The notes: a model not told the origin generated them from the letters alone. A stretch of 63,177 bases of DNA, filler included, from Choristocarpus tenellus KU-1152 (GCA_964200185.2; 11 parts of 11 records of this genome joined end to end with filler, not necessarily neighbours in it); one strand, 5' to 3'; positions 10,301 to 24,710 are shown, counted from the whole stretch's first letter. A program made the numbers and translations.

Positions 10301-13224
10301 GGTTGAGAAGTATAATATCAGAAGAGCTGCACGCACCACTGTCTCTAGGAGGGTCTTTGTTGGGTCAGAGGCTGAAAACAGAGCAACAGGTGCAAGCCGC
10401 AAAGGAGACCTACAGCACCATTGTGTGAGAACTCGAATGAACTTGGTGCACAGTCTGTGCCGATAAATATCCATGCTTAACCGTGGTCTTGTTTGCATGG
10501 ATGGATATGGTCAATGTGCATGAGAAGTTTGTATTGATTGTACTTGCATGGTAATATACTGTCGGCGCAACATTCGTTATAGTGATGTGTATTGTATGTA
10601 TGATGCGCACAGCTGTTGCATGTTTCATAGAATGGAGAAGAGAGGAGAGAAGAGGGGAAGTTTATGTACATGAAAATGGATAAGTAGCATTTCATACCCA
10701 TCCAGAGTCAAACCAACTGGGAGGGAGGGAGGGTTTCATTTTAAATATCACAAGAAAGGGCAAAAATATACCATGTTGTAGAATTGCAGAAAGAACCTTA
10801 GTGAATTGTGGAATCTCTTGGTGTGTGGAAAGGGGGAAAGATCATCAACTTTGCACACACCATTGTGGACACAAAGGGCATTAAAATGTATTGTATTGTA
10901 CTGGGTAAGAAAGATGGCTTCGAATGCAAAAGGGTCCTAAACCGCTCACCTCTCAGTTGGTTTGGCTCTCAGATATCCAGCGTTTCACACCATCATTGAC
11001 CGAGGAGAGGGGAACCGCCAGGCACGAGTAAGCTTGCACTAAAACAGTGTGAGCAACGAGTGCCACCAACACACATCAATTTCGAATCAGGTAAAAATAT
11101 AAAAATGTAATTAAATCAGTCATGTCAACATATGTTTACAGTGTATGTGCAGTTTCTTGTATCTTAAAGGGAAAATGGACATACATCATCATACCACTCT
11201 GCAAACCCCATGATTGGGGAAAGTGAAGTGTGTTACTACTAGTCATCGGTTGTCCTGTGAGACTACCCCTATATAAAATACATGAAAATTACATAGCCCA
11301 GGCTTGTGCAATATTTAGTAGTAGCATTCATCACATAAAGCTGAATATGCAGAGTTTGGGGTGTGTGTTTTAGGGTGTTGGACAGTGCAAATATTTCGGG
11401 GTGTCAAAAGGTATAGTTGTTGACTGCAAGTATCTCCTAATGGTCATCTCATGGTGAGGGGCTTGTGTGGTACACATTTCCCCATATTGCCCCTTGTCCC
11501 CCCAGAGGACAAGACCACACAGAAGATGGCATATTGGTGCAACAATAGGTTCCATTGTGGATTTACAGTACAGTACTGCACCTCCCTCCACATTAAGGAA
11601 GAGAAAAAAATAAATAGGACAATCACGTTGAATTAATTTAAAAGAGTATCTTTAAAAAAAAAGGTACAATTAACATCGTACCTACCTACAGGGCATTTGC
11701 AATGCTCACCCATGTAACTTCACAATAACTTTGATGTATAATATCAAAGACTTACAGTAAGAGTTCCACACCTATCTGTACTGAGTTGTGCTGACACCAA
11801 GTTAACTGGGGACATAGCATGGAGAATGCGTCATATTGGCTCAACAGGACGCAGACGCCATTCAATCCAGTGCAGATATTACGTGCCATACCATGTCTGC
11901 CTACCACTCAATGCGGGATTTGCCTCAATCCTATCAACCTATCCTCTTGTACTGTCCTACAAGCTTTTTCATAGACGGAATATATTACCTCAAGTTCCCC
12001 TGGTCTCTTGGTACCACGAGCAACAACAACAACAAAAAAGACAAGACTTCAGTTGGTTTGTTGTTTCTACGATTATTGCACCCGAAGATCATGGCGCATC
12101 AGCCAACAGTTCCTCAGATTAACTCCTTAAAATTACTTGGGTACACGACTATGAATACATACCCGCTTTTTGGTGCGATCTTTTCCTTCCTCTTGGTTCC
12201 ACAATCTTTGAAGATGCAAGCGGGGGTTGAACAACATTACCAGGCAAAACAGCAAAAACATGACTTGCGTCAGCCACATCTACATGAACACACAAGACAA
12301 AACAAGTGGTACTTTAAAGTTTTCACCATACAAAGTACATCAGAAACAATACAAAGACATTGACACAAGGGGGGAGGGGGATGGGGGAAAGCAGGTGCAC
12401 CGGAAATAGCAATTGCAAAAAACTTTGGTGAACAGCAAGCAGGAGATCCTCTTGAAAAATAAATCTCTACATATCTATTAAATGGCAGTGCAGTGCATAC
12501 TAAAAAGGATTCGATAGCAGCCTCCCCTCATCAACCATTGTAACTACATAATCCTTGCCTCCAATAATTAAACCCACTATGCCTGACAAATAGAGCATCA
12601 TAACGACAAAAAGGTATGTAAGTTCTCATACCCATTCACTACATCCTATTCAACAAAGTAGCGCCAAATTTCTCTTTTGCAGCACTGGGCTGGATGAATC
12701 GCCATAGCAGCACTCTTGCCTGCAACACCGAGATAGTTCTACTTCCCCATAATACCCCATTTTTCCCAACCCTATCCACTACTTGACCTATGGTGGGTTT
12801 ACTCTCCTCTATACGATATTGCTTTACAGCCTCCTATGCGCTTCATTGCTCATTCATGTAACTGCAAGCCTTCCCACACTGCAATCACTCCACCCGCTGC
12901 ACACAGCATCTGATGCTCACTAGCGATCTCATCGATGGAAAAAAATGGAGAACAAAAGACCTCTACAAGACACACTGCAACGCAAAACAAAAATAAAACG
13001 TATTCATGTCCACTTCAGCCACTCTCTTCTATTATGAAATGCATCCGCTGTTTGCAAAACGCAACTGTACAGAGCAGGTTGATGCAATCAAACGAAATGT
13101 ATTTAAACTCACACAATTTTCAACATTCCCTTACCCTCCATTTTCACACCAGGCAGGCAAGCTCCCACAGTTTCAATGGGGGGAGGGGAGGGGCGAGAAG
13201 GTGGAGGGGAGCAAAGACCCACTG

Positions 13225-16076
13225 TTATGGCACAATCATCTCATAATTGCGCTGAATGGCACGTCCAGCAGATGCCAATGTGCCAAGCATTCCAGGTACA
13301 TCCGTTGATGTGGGCATCATGGTCCTCTTTAAAGGGTTTTTGCAATCATGGCCATACACATCTTCACCCTCGCAACAAGGACTCCCACCATTGAAGTTGC
13401 ATTTGGCCTCCCCTAAAGCAGCTGGTGAAGCCCCAGACGGTGCTGTTGAATTACCAGCCGCCACAAGTGACAGACTCCTCGCCAAGTCACCACCCTCAGT
13501 CCCACTCACGTTGATCATTACACTGAGCTCATAAGGGGACGAAGCAAAAGCGTCTCCATCCTCCGGATTATCACTGTCGATACAATATTTCTCATCCCCT
13601 GCAACAGAGTCGTAACTGTCATCCTCTGAGGGCTGTGAACATGGACGGGAATGAAGGAAGTCATCGGTCATCGATGATTGCAAGGTGGGAAAAGGTGAGA
13701 CCTACAATGGATACAGAGGGAGAGAATAAGATCACCTAAATAGGAATAGTTAAAAAAAAAAGAGTTTGAAGGTCACTGCAACCGACCCAGCAACAAGATT
13801 AGGGTGACACAAAGCTAAGCTATGAAATGTCATTACAGTACAATTTTTTTTATTTTTAGTTTTGAACACAGAATAGATATACATCACTGTAAGGTAAGTT
13901 ATTGTGGGCGCAACGAATATAAAACACTGCTGTGCTGTCCAACCGTTGCCTCAAACAACCCGCCAGACAAAAGACAGACCTCAATCGGAACATCAACTTG
14001 AGATGTTCTTGACTAACTTCAACATCTAGGAAATGTTGCTCACCTCTTCAAGACCAAACAAGCGTGAAGCATGGTCATGTGCACCATGCGCCCGAACCTG
14101 CAGCCCGCAGGAAAGCCAGCCATCAAGTGAAAGAGCACGACGGCGGCTAAACCCTTCATCACACTCTTCCTGCCCCACAAGCTCACTGCGCCTGCGGGTC
14201 ATCTCCTCATACGAGAACGAAAACGATTGCCTTGATCTCATAGGAATCACGTAAGAAGATGGACAATCCTCCAACTTAGCACTACTATCATGTTCATCCT
14301 CCAAAGAAGGATCCAGCACCAACCCTCCATCCTGGTAGTCGCCTGTTCCAGGTGCGATGGCAGTGGCCAGAACACCCTCTGACTCACCAGGTTTAGAGGA
14401 GGAAGCGGATTCTGTAAGGGAACGGTCCTGTGCTTCAAGTTCCTGAGATATACCCACTGGCGAGGCCACTACCTCATTCTCCACTACAGTAGCAGCAAAA
14501 AGCGACTCTTCGCATGTGCGTTTATCACCACGGCCCTCACCACCATTTGGCGAGAGGTTCTTCTCTCCGATTTCATTTCGATCCGATCCTGCCACAAAGG
14601 CCTTAGGATCCACTGACCAAGCCCTGGCTGGCGGAGGCTGCACTGCGCATTCTTCATCGTAGAAGACAGCCCCAAGGATAATAGGGGGAGGAACTGCCTC
14701 TTCCTGATACTCCTCCTCCTCCTCGAGATATTCAGAGTTTTGGATGTAGTCCATGAAATTTGATCGGAACGTGCGGTAGTCTTCGTCCTGCCACCTGTTG
14801 AGAAAACCGTGTGGGAGATGTTTCGAAAATCTGTTCATAAAACCTTTTTGTTCCTCAGTATCGAATGGTATTTGCGAAGAAGGATGTCAGGGTCCACAAA
14901 TTCAGGAAATAGCAAAAGGGGGCAACCAAGCCATGGTCTATGCTACATTAATAATGACTTTAAGTGTGACCTTGGATAGGGAACAGCACCCCGGATAAAC
15001 ACACAAATATCCCTTGACACTCTTCCCTTGAGAGTGTTCACTACGAAAACTGGGGCGAACCGCTGGAAACATATCTTCTCCCGAGACAGAGAAAGGGAGC
15101 AGTGGGCGCAAGTAATGGGGAACCGGGATTGGCGAAAAAGCGACCGCTTCCACCTACACCAGCAAAGATTCCACACTTGCACCTAATGTACACCAAGAGT
15201 CATATGATCTCACCATATCTGGTTTCTTGCAACCTTGCTGAGGTCAGCAACAGACGGAATGAGGATAGCCTGCACAACTGTGTTGAAAGATACGCGTGCG
15301 CCGACTCGCACAGAGTTGGCGGGGAAGGAGCGGGTGTGTGTGGGACGGACAGGGGTTGAGCGGGGAATAGGGCGAACGAAGACTGCTGGAGGAGGCACAG
15401 GTGGAGGTGCTTTGACCTCTGGACACTGACGGGTCTGGCTGAGCAGGCTAAGGAGACCATCAAGCAATGCGTCCTTCGGACGCAGTGGGTTGTCTTCTTC
15501 CTGTATTGAGGGCTGCAGACAAGGGAGGCATATCGTGTGAAGCCGTCAATGAAGACGAGACAACAAATAAGTGCATGCCTCAATTGAAATAGGAGAATTA
15601 GACTAGAGCGGTTCGGTATGACATCCACACCTCGGTCATAGCAATAATAGCCTTAATATCAAATAACTGAATTCTGGGAAATTCATTGGGGTCATTCAGA
15701 TCACGCAAGGTGAACTCTTCTCATCTTCCCATTCGGAAGCAAATCTATCAGTCGGATAAGACTACACAACTGCTTATCCATACTGGGAACAGAGCAAAGT
15801 CTCCAAGACTCCACCGCCACGCCCCCGATATCACCAGGGCAACAGAACAAGGACCTGTGCCATGTATGGGCTTGTCGAATCTTCAGAAAAAGACCACCCA
15901 ATTTCCATCTCAAAATCATACCATGAACCCATGTGTCATGGTGGCGAAATTCTCAATAATCTGGATTCCTTGAACACAAAGAACACCTCATATGAAAGAG
16001 TGCGACCTCGCGAACACTAACTCACCTCCCTCCGCTTTCGCACCCGCCTCCACGCCTGCTTGCGAGTCAGCGGCAT
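13225..16076 (-). CDS. Uncharacterised 525-aa acidic, low-complexity protein with an RVxF motif (exons 16076-16026, 15512-15214, 14794-14044, 13701-13225)
   Basis: Donors GTGAGT, GTGAGA and GTGAGC pair with YAG acceptors. The 1578 nt are in frame: MPLTRKQAWRRVRKRRE|PSIQEED...RVSFNTVVQAILIPSVADLSKVARNQIW|WQDEDYRTFRS...GLEE|VSPFP...EMIVP*. Confidence 0.75.
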
Positions 16077-17895
16077 CCTCTCCAAGGAGCCCCCACAAAC
16101 CACCTGGTTGACTACTGCGACGGAAATGGTGCAGGGTTCACACTCAAAGATTCCTTCAGCTAAAAGGGCGAGTTCACTTAAGTGCTTGCGTCGCCAATTA
16201 ACATACAACACCTACTGCTATAATGCCAACCTCTTCTCCCCTATCCCCAACAAACTTAACATCGTACATAGGGATAACTCTTTGTGTCCGCTTGAAATGT
16301 TGAAAGCAGCTGCTTGATTTTGTGGCATCTGCGAAACGTTTACTGCAGTTGTTGTTGAAGGTGCAGCCACGTCATAATTCCATATACTCAATATTTGGAG
16401 TAATACCTGGGATATTTTCGGTCCACCCTGAAGTGGCACTGAAGAAAAGAGTACATTGCCATATCATTTTACCTAGATTAACGCAAATATACATACTTTT
16501 TATTATGGAAGGCTGGTAGGAACTCGGATAAACAGTTGGGACATGCACAATTGCTCACGTGGTCTAATTTTCAACTATATTTTTTGTCTATAATTGTGTC
16601 ATCAAAGTATTCACAACAAATGCGTAACGGATACCCACATTCTCCACATGTTAGAACATGTTTCGGAAGAAGACCTCTTCGCTCTACAAACAATAGTAGT
16701 ATAGTGGTAGTATTCTTCGACTAAAGTAACTTATTCACAACCTATTGTAGTACAGACAGATAAAATAAGAAACAAAAATCCTTCCATGATAGTCACCACA
16801 TTTAAAGGAATTTTCTTCGAGTGTTAAGAGGAGAGAAAAAGAGGATTTCTAGGTAACTTTTTTTATTAAGAAGGGGCAATGATGGTAATGAGGGTGTTAA
16901 GGTTATTGTTTTAAAAGTCATTTGAATTTTCTGGTATCTAACACCATCTCCTTTGCGGAAGGAATGTTGGGGAATTTTTTTTTCAATCTTATTTTTAGGA
17001 AGAATATCAACCACAACAAAAAATGGGCGATACAAAGGATCAAATTACACACTACAGTCCATTTTTTATTGTGATCAATATTCTTCCTAAAAAAAAGATT
17101 GAAATGCTTTTTTGAACAAGATTTCTCCCGAAAAGAGATGACCAAAGTTGTACCATTGGTCGTGAAGATCAAGCTGGATTCTACCAAATTCTGAAAGGTT
17201 TAAATGACCAGAGGATCAGGCAGGGTGAGTCCCAACATATCCACAACAACAGATCTGGCAGGTTGCTGAAAGTCCAAGAAGGTCTCATCAAAAACAGAGG
17301 TGGCGACACCTTGAGGTCCTTGTAAATGACAAGTCGATCAACCCTAATCCCATACGCAATAGTACTGAATCCCCCAATCAATGACCCATATGGATGACAC
17401 TTGGTGATGCATTTAACATTTCAGTGATTGAAGCAATCTGCGCCATGGCAAACGTGAAGGCAGTATGGGACCAGATTATCTTCCAGTTGAGAACCTAATA
17501 ATTGCCTAAGAAATGAGGACGACTTTTTCCTCCAGAGTTTCCACACGACTGTCTTGGCCGTGTAGGACCAGGAAAAGGTTTAGCAGGTCTGGAGAGATGT
17601 AGTAATCAAAGTTGTCCACAAAACATCGAATGGATAGTGGTATAGCTACAGGCCATCTCTTTGGTGGGACACGTTTGCAAGAGTACTCCTCATGGACGTC
17701 GCACAACAACCAGGATCTTGCCTGGAATGAATAGTGGATTTTAAAAATTGAGGATGGAGCGTACTATGGAGGATGGGTTTGACCCAAAATTGACCNNNNN
17801 NNNNNNNNNNNNNNNNNNNNNNNNNNNNNNNNNNNNNNNTTAATTAATTAANNNNNNNNNNNNNNNNNNNNNNNNNNNNNNNNNNNNNNNNNNNN

Positions 17896-19070
17896 GGGGC
17901 AGAAACGACAGTTGTCGGCGTCCCCTATAAAGCTATTGACCTCTTCAGGTTACAAGTCTCAGGCAACCTCGGGGCTGCACCCCTTGCACAGATCTGTCTT
18001 TTGTCAACGTACACAAGAAACAAAGAGGTTTAGTAAGAAAGAGACAAGAAGAAGAAAAAAAAGAATGGCATTTTTTGAGGTTGTATTGTGTTGTATCTTT
18101 ATTTTCCGGGTGTGTGGCACACACACACACACTCACACTCACTCACTCACTCACTCACTCACTCCCAACAAAAATATTAATAAAGAAAACAAATGAGGTA
18201 ATATGAGTGGACTTTGATCTGGAGTTGGGTTGTCTAGGGGCCCTAGAGCGTTCGTTGGGAACAGGGTTAGGGTTAGGTCGTTGTAGGTGCTCCTGCTCTC
18301 TTGACGGGCCTTGTCTTTTTTTTTCCAGGATGTGGCGATGTCCAAGATCTCCAGGAGTATGGGCTCGGGCAAGCTACGGGCCTTCCCCCAAGGGGGTCGC
18401 TTTCTGGATCAGGTGGTCTTGGTCGGGGGCACAACGAGGATGCCCTGTGTGCAGGTTTGTGCATTAGGATTAGGGTCGAGGTTAGAGTTAGGGGAATGGG
18501 GCTTGGTGGTGGTGTTGGTGGTGGATGGCGTGTGTGAGTTTTTTTGTGTGTGCTTTGTCTTCTCAGGAGGGCATGTTTTTGTGATTGAGGGCTGTTGGTG
18601 TCTCCTTCGTGGGTTAGGGCTGGAGGTCCAAATTCTCTTGGGAGGCCCAGCAGAGGAATGTGGGCTTCTACATTGGTGAGGACTTTAAATATATATGTGT
18701 GTGTGTGTATGTGTGTATGTGCAAATCTCTGGAATATTCTTTGAACTAAGCTGTGAGAGAGTTATCTCTTTCTAGTGTATCGGAGGAGTATTGTAGCAGT
18801 AAGAATGCTACCGTAGCTGACTTGTCGTCTTTGCTCATTCTAGTCGGCCAGAGGTTGGGTAAGCACATGATACGCAGATGTAGATGGGAGAGGTAGAGCA
18901 AACCGGTTTGTGTCATGGTGGGCGCTAGGGCTAGATTGTGTGGAGTGTGTGTGGAGTGTGTGTGTATGTAGTTGGGGACAATAGGTGCCAACATACCGAC
19001 CTGTGCTCAATTTCATCCTAAGTCGGGTAAAACCAATCCCCTTTTTTAAATATTCCAGGCGATATTTTCC

Positions 19071-19129
<59 letters not shown>

Positions 19130-20996
19130 TCCTTCTTTCTTTTTTTTTTCTTTNNNNNNNNNNCCCCCCTGCAACCACCGCTGCTTCCCTCCATCCTAAT
19201 CCTTTTCAGTTTTTCGGTCTGTTTTTCCCTTTTTTTTCTCAGCAAGTGTAAATTTAGTATATATATAGTATATTGATTGGATTGTGTTTTCAGATATGTG
19301 CTTTTAAACTGAAGGTAAGAAAATACTGATAGCAATATGCTTTGGAGTCATCCGGATGAAATATATGTAAAGAGCCGTTCAGACAAGAGTTGCAAGCAAA
19401 GCTCCTTTGGTCTAGTCGCATATACTCCCCCATATCCTTGGTGTCAAGTATACGAGATACCACTGCATCATCGTGGCAATGAGTTGCACGAGTAGCCGCC
19501 TCAATGGAACAGGGGTATCTCAATACTTGATAACATAAGAGACCCGAGTGGTACCTGGCGAAATCCATCGTCCATCGCCCCGCTGGTTGCATGCACTCCC
19601 CAATCAGTCGTCTCAATTGATTTTTCTCGTTTGAGCCTGTGGGGCATTGGACCCAAGTTGATGGTCTCATTCTCCTCCCACGGATTGAAGATCGATGAGT
19701 GATTACCCTGTCCTCTTTCGCCAATAGAGTAAAGTTGGGAAAGTGCCGAGCCAACGACAGGTTTCAAACTTGTGCCCTCCGATTTTGTAAAATATCGATA
19801 TGTACATTGTACCAGCAGGGGAGTAAAATTGCATGCAGATGAGGGATGATTGTCCATTTTGGGCGTCATCCCGCTTGGTGGCTCTCTTTTTTGGGCGGTA
19901 TTTAGTTTGTTGTACAAGAGTTGCAAGATGGGTATGTTCAAGTATTCAAGGTAGGCACAGCGACCTTGCAGCTTCTGGTTCAATGTTTGATAGCGCTAAT
20001 GTTGCTTTTGTGTGGAGTACAGACTGGACTTAGTACTTGATTGGAAGAGTGCTGGCTAGCGTGTTAGGTAGAGTATTGAGCAAAATTACTGTTCCTGTTG
20101 ACTTCGTTTGTGTTTTAAGCAGTATTTATCTGAATAGTACTTATCCAACTTTCCTGATGTGGTAGTAAGTAGCACGTCCATGGTAGAACTATTAGAACTG
20201 CTTTTCTACTGATGTGTCGAACGTACACCATGTCAGAGTTGCTCACTTTTCCTAGAAATGGGGGGTGGTTTTGATCATCCTTTGGCTCTCTCTCTCTCTC
20301 TTTCTCTCCCCTTGCACTTACTTGGTCTGAGCAAAATCAATTAAGAGGTAAGCAGTGTTGCTTTTGAGGATCCTGATAAACGGCAAAAAGGCACCGTTTT
20401 TTTTACAACGGCAGAAAGGGCCGTCCTTGACTGTGGTGTCACCTTGTGTGTGGGAAGAGGGAAACTAAAATTTGTTTAAACTGTTGCGCACGTAGTAAAG
20501 AAAAAGAAACTGCATTGGACAGGGTAATAAATATTACTTAAAATGCAAAAGGGTCCAAATCCGCCTCTGCCTCTCGATTGGTTTGGCTCTCTAGACTATT
20601 AATACTCAAGTAATCCTATCTCCCCCCGCACACACGCTTGCCATATCTCTCAGACATATTTTACCCTCTTCGGCCTCCCCCAAAGTGACAACTGTCTCTG
20701 CACCTATTTGCTTGGATTTAAAGCCAATTTGAATGAGTTCACGCCTTTGCATCCTGTTTCCTGACCCCCTCTGTCCCTCAACTGAGTAGAGACTTATCAA
20801 GGGGATCACAGGCATAACTCCACAGCGCACTGTAGACCCTGACAAGGCAGTAGCCCTTGGCGCGGCCATGTATGCAGGTATTCTGGAGGGGGAAGTGGAG
20901 GGGCAGGAGGTCATGACCGCGTGGCAAGCGGCCGTGTACCGTATGATGGCTAAATCGGGGGAGATGGGGCCTTTACCCCCAAATTCTAGGGAATGA
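17896..20996 (+). CDS. Hsp70/DnaK-family protein, 3' exons only (<17896-18079, 18329-18454, 20790-20996); ends shortly after the nucleotide-binding domain
   Basis: Hsp70 signature VVLVGGTTRMP and VDPDKAVALGAAMYAGIL, with phase-0 GT-AG joins. The first exon is less certain. Confidence 0.85.
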
Positions 20997-23900
20997 TGTG
21001 GTGATTTATGTTTTAGTGGCTATGGTAATGTGGCATGGTCACAGCTTGTATGATGACAACTGATCAATAGACTGATCTCATCACCAAGATTTAATTTGTA
21101 TAATGAACATAATGTGGGTGAATGCATCCTGTTGGCCCAATGTGACATTCACGCTACTGTGAAGTATTGCGTTGATGTAAAGGATAGTTTACATTCCTGC
21201 CTCATAGGCACTATGGCTCTAGGACCTCTTGAAGAGTACAGTAGGAAGGAGCGGACCTGTCCCACGTTGTAACAGCACAGAAGATTTGTATTGATGGAAG
21301 GAAATGTTCGCCATGACGCTGGATTGCACACTCATTTTCGAGGACCCACCTTAATAGTGGTTGCTGTAGAGATCTCCCGAGTGTTCATTAGGTTCACTGT
21401 TCTCCTTCCATTGTATTGAAGCGAGCTCTGAATATTTTTGTGTTCAATTTTTGGTTGTTACATTTGTCGAAATATGAATTTAGCGTACTACCTGTCATGG
21501 CACTATTGCGCATCTCTCTTCTATTCTGTTGTATTCATTTCCTATGCCTCGCACCTGCATGGCAAGAAGCTTTTACACGAGACTAGAATCATGGGGCACA
21601 CTGTAAGACCTTGAAATTGGTTGCGTAAAAAGTAGATGCTCATTTTTGTGCAGACTGAAGATTAATGAATTGGGTGATCCTCTCTTAGAGGTCCTGTTTG
21701 CCCCATTTTCAGAGCTTGGTAATTTTAACCTTTTCCCTAACCCCCGTTCTCATGCCTGAAGTAGAGCAAACTCCACGTAGGAGGCTATTTTGCTGTTATT
21801 GTCGAAGAGAGGACGAACATTTATCTACACGAGCACATCACCCTCCAGAGTGGTAGGAGTACATGTACCATACAGAAGTCATGCGGGACCTCCAAATACT
21901 CAATGGCGCCCCACTCTACAATAGGATGGCTCATTGGTTGTACTGCATGGTAGTTTTGACTATTTCCACCCATTCACATGCAAGGTATTGCCATACGTCA
22001 AGGGGTAGTACGGATCACTAGTAGTATCCATGTATAATACACACACACATGCTGCTCTTGAATATATGTTGGCACTGAGGCTGCTACGTTGATGTTGCCA
22101 ATATTGAGACTGCTAGGTATGGTGAGTACTACCACAAGAGAAAGACTACCACATACATACTAACGAAACATGTTGTATGTTAACAGATTTTGATGTATTG
22201 GAACAGTACTTCCAACGCATGTTGAAAATGACTCTTTCACTTACTGACCATGGACGCACGCTCATTGATCTCGCACGAAACAGACAGGTAAAGAAGTTAT
22301 TTGCTGGTACAACCTTTTTAAAGTGGCAACAGATCGAATTCTTGTACTGGTGTTAGCAGCACGACAGAACTCAGAGAGTTTCAAATTTTACACACGATTC
22401 CAAGGCAACAGAAAAAGATAAACATAAGTAGAATGCCCATCCCTACCGAGGTGACAACTAGGGCTGCCTACTAAAACAGCAGTTCTTCCTCCTTCCGTTA
22501 CCTTCACTTCTAGTCCCCTTGCCCCACCTCTTCCTCAACGGACCTACTATCCCCACGAGCGATTGCGACAGTTTGATTTTTTCTTAGATTGTACGTCATG
22601 AATTAGTTGAATGTGAGTAAGGTATTATCATATTTCGCCTTCTTGAAATACCGCAGGAAGGTACAACGGAATAAGACATATCGTATTTGTCTGTATCATA
22701 TCTTGCCCTTGGAAATAATCTCCTTTCTTTATTGTGATGTCTTCCCATTCTTCTTGCAGTGTTGTGAATCAAAGGGATTAAACCAGGACGAGTATCGAAA
22801 TCAAACATTGAGGGGTAATTTTCGCCTGGTCGGTCATTTTGACGACGACTGAGCTCTGCGTGATTGGGTCGTGAATCTTGGCGATTTGTGTGCTTAATTT
22901 CATGCGTTGCGTGTACGTTTCAATGAGAATTGAGTAAATCAACATTTTTCAAACTGATTTATCAAAATGCACAACACTATTTTACCCTCCTGTGAACAAA
23001 GAACAGAGCTCTGCAATAGGACAAGCCCTTGCCTTCTTCACCCCGTTAAACACAATATTGATATATCTTCTTTATTTCTTCTCTTAGCCCCACCAAGTTG
23101 TTTGATTCTCTTCCCGCTAAAAGCAGGATGAAATCGCAGCTGTATTCACCAAGCACCACTATGTGGGAGATGAACTTTGGGTGCTGCCCTGCCAGAGTCC
23201 ACCTGTAGTGACTTAGAAATGAGCAAGTGCAGGCACAGACGTATTGATGGCAGTGTGTTCTGTATAGTGCCGCAAAGCATCGGTGAATTTGTTCTGTTGG
23301 AACTGAAGTAATGACATCTGAGGCTTGAGGGACGCCAGTGTCCCAAGTTATCGCTTCAGGGTCACCTTGTAGTAGGGGCATGGTGTTGCGACTATGTATA
23401 TGGGATATAAGCGCAGGTTGCTTTCCTCTGTGTCTTGTTTTTCGAATTTGCGGAGGGTAGACCCTGTTAAGACATAGGCTACCCTGTTGCCTTGTTCTTG
23501 ATACGATACATATCACCAGTTCATACTACATGTTGATTTGTCCATTGTACTGATCGTTATTTCGACTCACATCACTAACTCATTATTACAACATCATCAA
23601 TCTCTTTTAGAATGCCACAGTATATAGGAAGCATACGAACAGTAGCTACCTATCACACCTACAGGCATAATATGTGTCATACATTATTTCCGCCAGATAT
23701 TAATTCAGGTTTGTCTCCTCGTTTCCTCTTTGTTCCTTCTTTCTTTTCTTCTTCGCATCAGAAGTCTTCAGTTGTAGTTCATGTGTTGATATTATTTTTC
23801 TTGGCTTGCACTGCTCCCTCATAATACGTCGAGCTCACTCTGCACTGAGTGTACCTGATACACACCAGGATGCAAAATATACAGTTAAAACATCCTCAGA

Positions 23901-24269
23901 AACCCTTCTCAGCCAAGGTGACAAGCCTCTTCATAGAGCATGCATTTCTTCATTTGAACACTTCAATGAATGACCACACTTTCATGTCAACCGTAATCTG
24001 ATTGAGCGAAACATGTCGTCAGATCTACCAGAACAAATTCACTGGTGCTTTATTGCACTCTGACACGTCTTCGCCACAAACTGCCCACAACACAAGAAAG
24101 CACTATTCATTCGGATTCAGGTTTCAACAGGTTATGAGTCTCAACACTTGAACGACACGCACAACCCGACCTTACACTACCTAGCCTTATACTACCCACC
24201 ACCGTTTTCTCACCCTCACCACACTCAAGACAACACCATTCCAGCACGCAGCAACGCATATTGAAACCA

Positions 24270-24710
24270 CCGCCATATCTACCCTTGAAGAACACGACGA
24301 CAAGATGTTCGGTGTACTCCTTTCCTCCTGCCCCAGCCCGGCCCAAGATCCTCTACATGGACGACAGCAGTGCGACGACAACAACCTCAACGATGGCCTC
24401 TCTCCCTGTGGCATACCTTGATCACCACATATGAGGCGGTCACTGAACAAGGGATGCACACTGTTCACCGCTGGTTGGAACTGTCCACGATGGAATCTGG
24501 TGAAGATTCTGATGAGTGTATCCTTCGACTCTATTGGACCAAGACTGATCTCGAACGGATTTGGTGGGACCATCAGCAACTCCCGCTTGCGGGCGTCCAT
24601 CCTCTCTGAACGACGTCCTCCACAACCAAGTTTACTACCACTGTGCCCAAGTCCGTCCTTGTCACCACTACCACAAGCCTGGACATCATCTGTGCCAATA
24701 CCATTATCAT
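24270..24710 (+). mobile_element. Decayed Copia-type gag (UBN2/Retrotran_gag_2-like) relic
   Basis: Frameshifted WHTLITTYEAVTEQGMHTVHRWLELSTMESGEDSDECILRL...DLERI/GGTISNSRLRASIL fits the WxxL...MxxGE...RL...LxxIG.ISD..L...IL pattern. Confidence 0.6.

Noticed and set aside
11836-12363. 175-aa ORF
   Set aside because: Non-ATG start, no recognisable motif, and it lies in the likely 3' flank of the minus-strand gene.
18985-19251. Poly-Pro/poly-Gly ORFs
   Set aside because: Translation of a poly-C tract next to a 10-N gap inside an Hsp70 intron.
19290-19983. Overlapping minus-strand ORFs ending RSFACNSCLNG
   Set aside because: Probably a decayed transposon inside the Hsp70 intron, but no diagnostic catalytic motif is visible.
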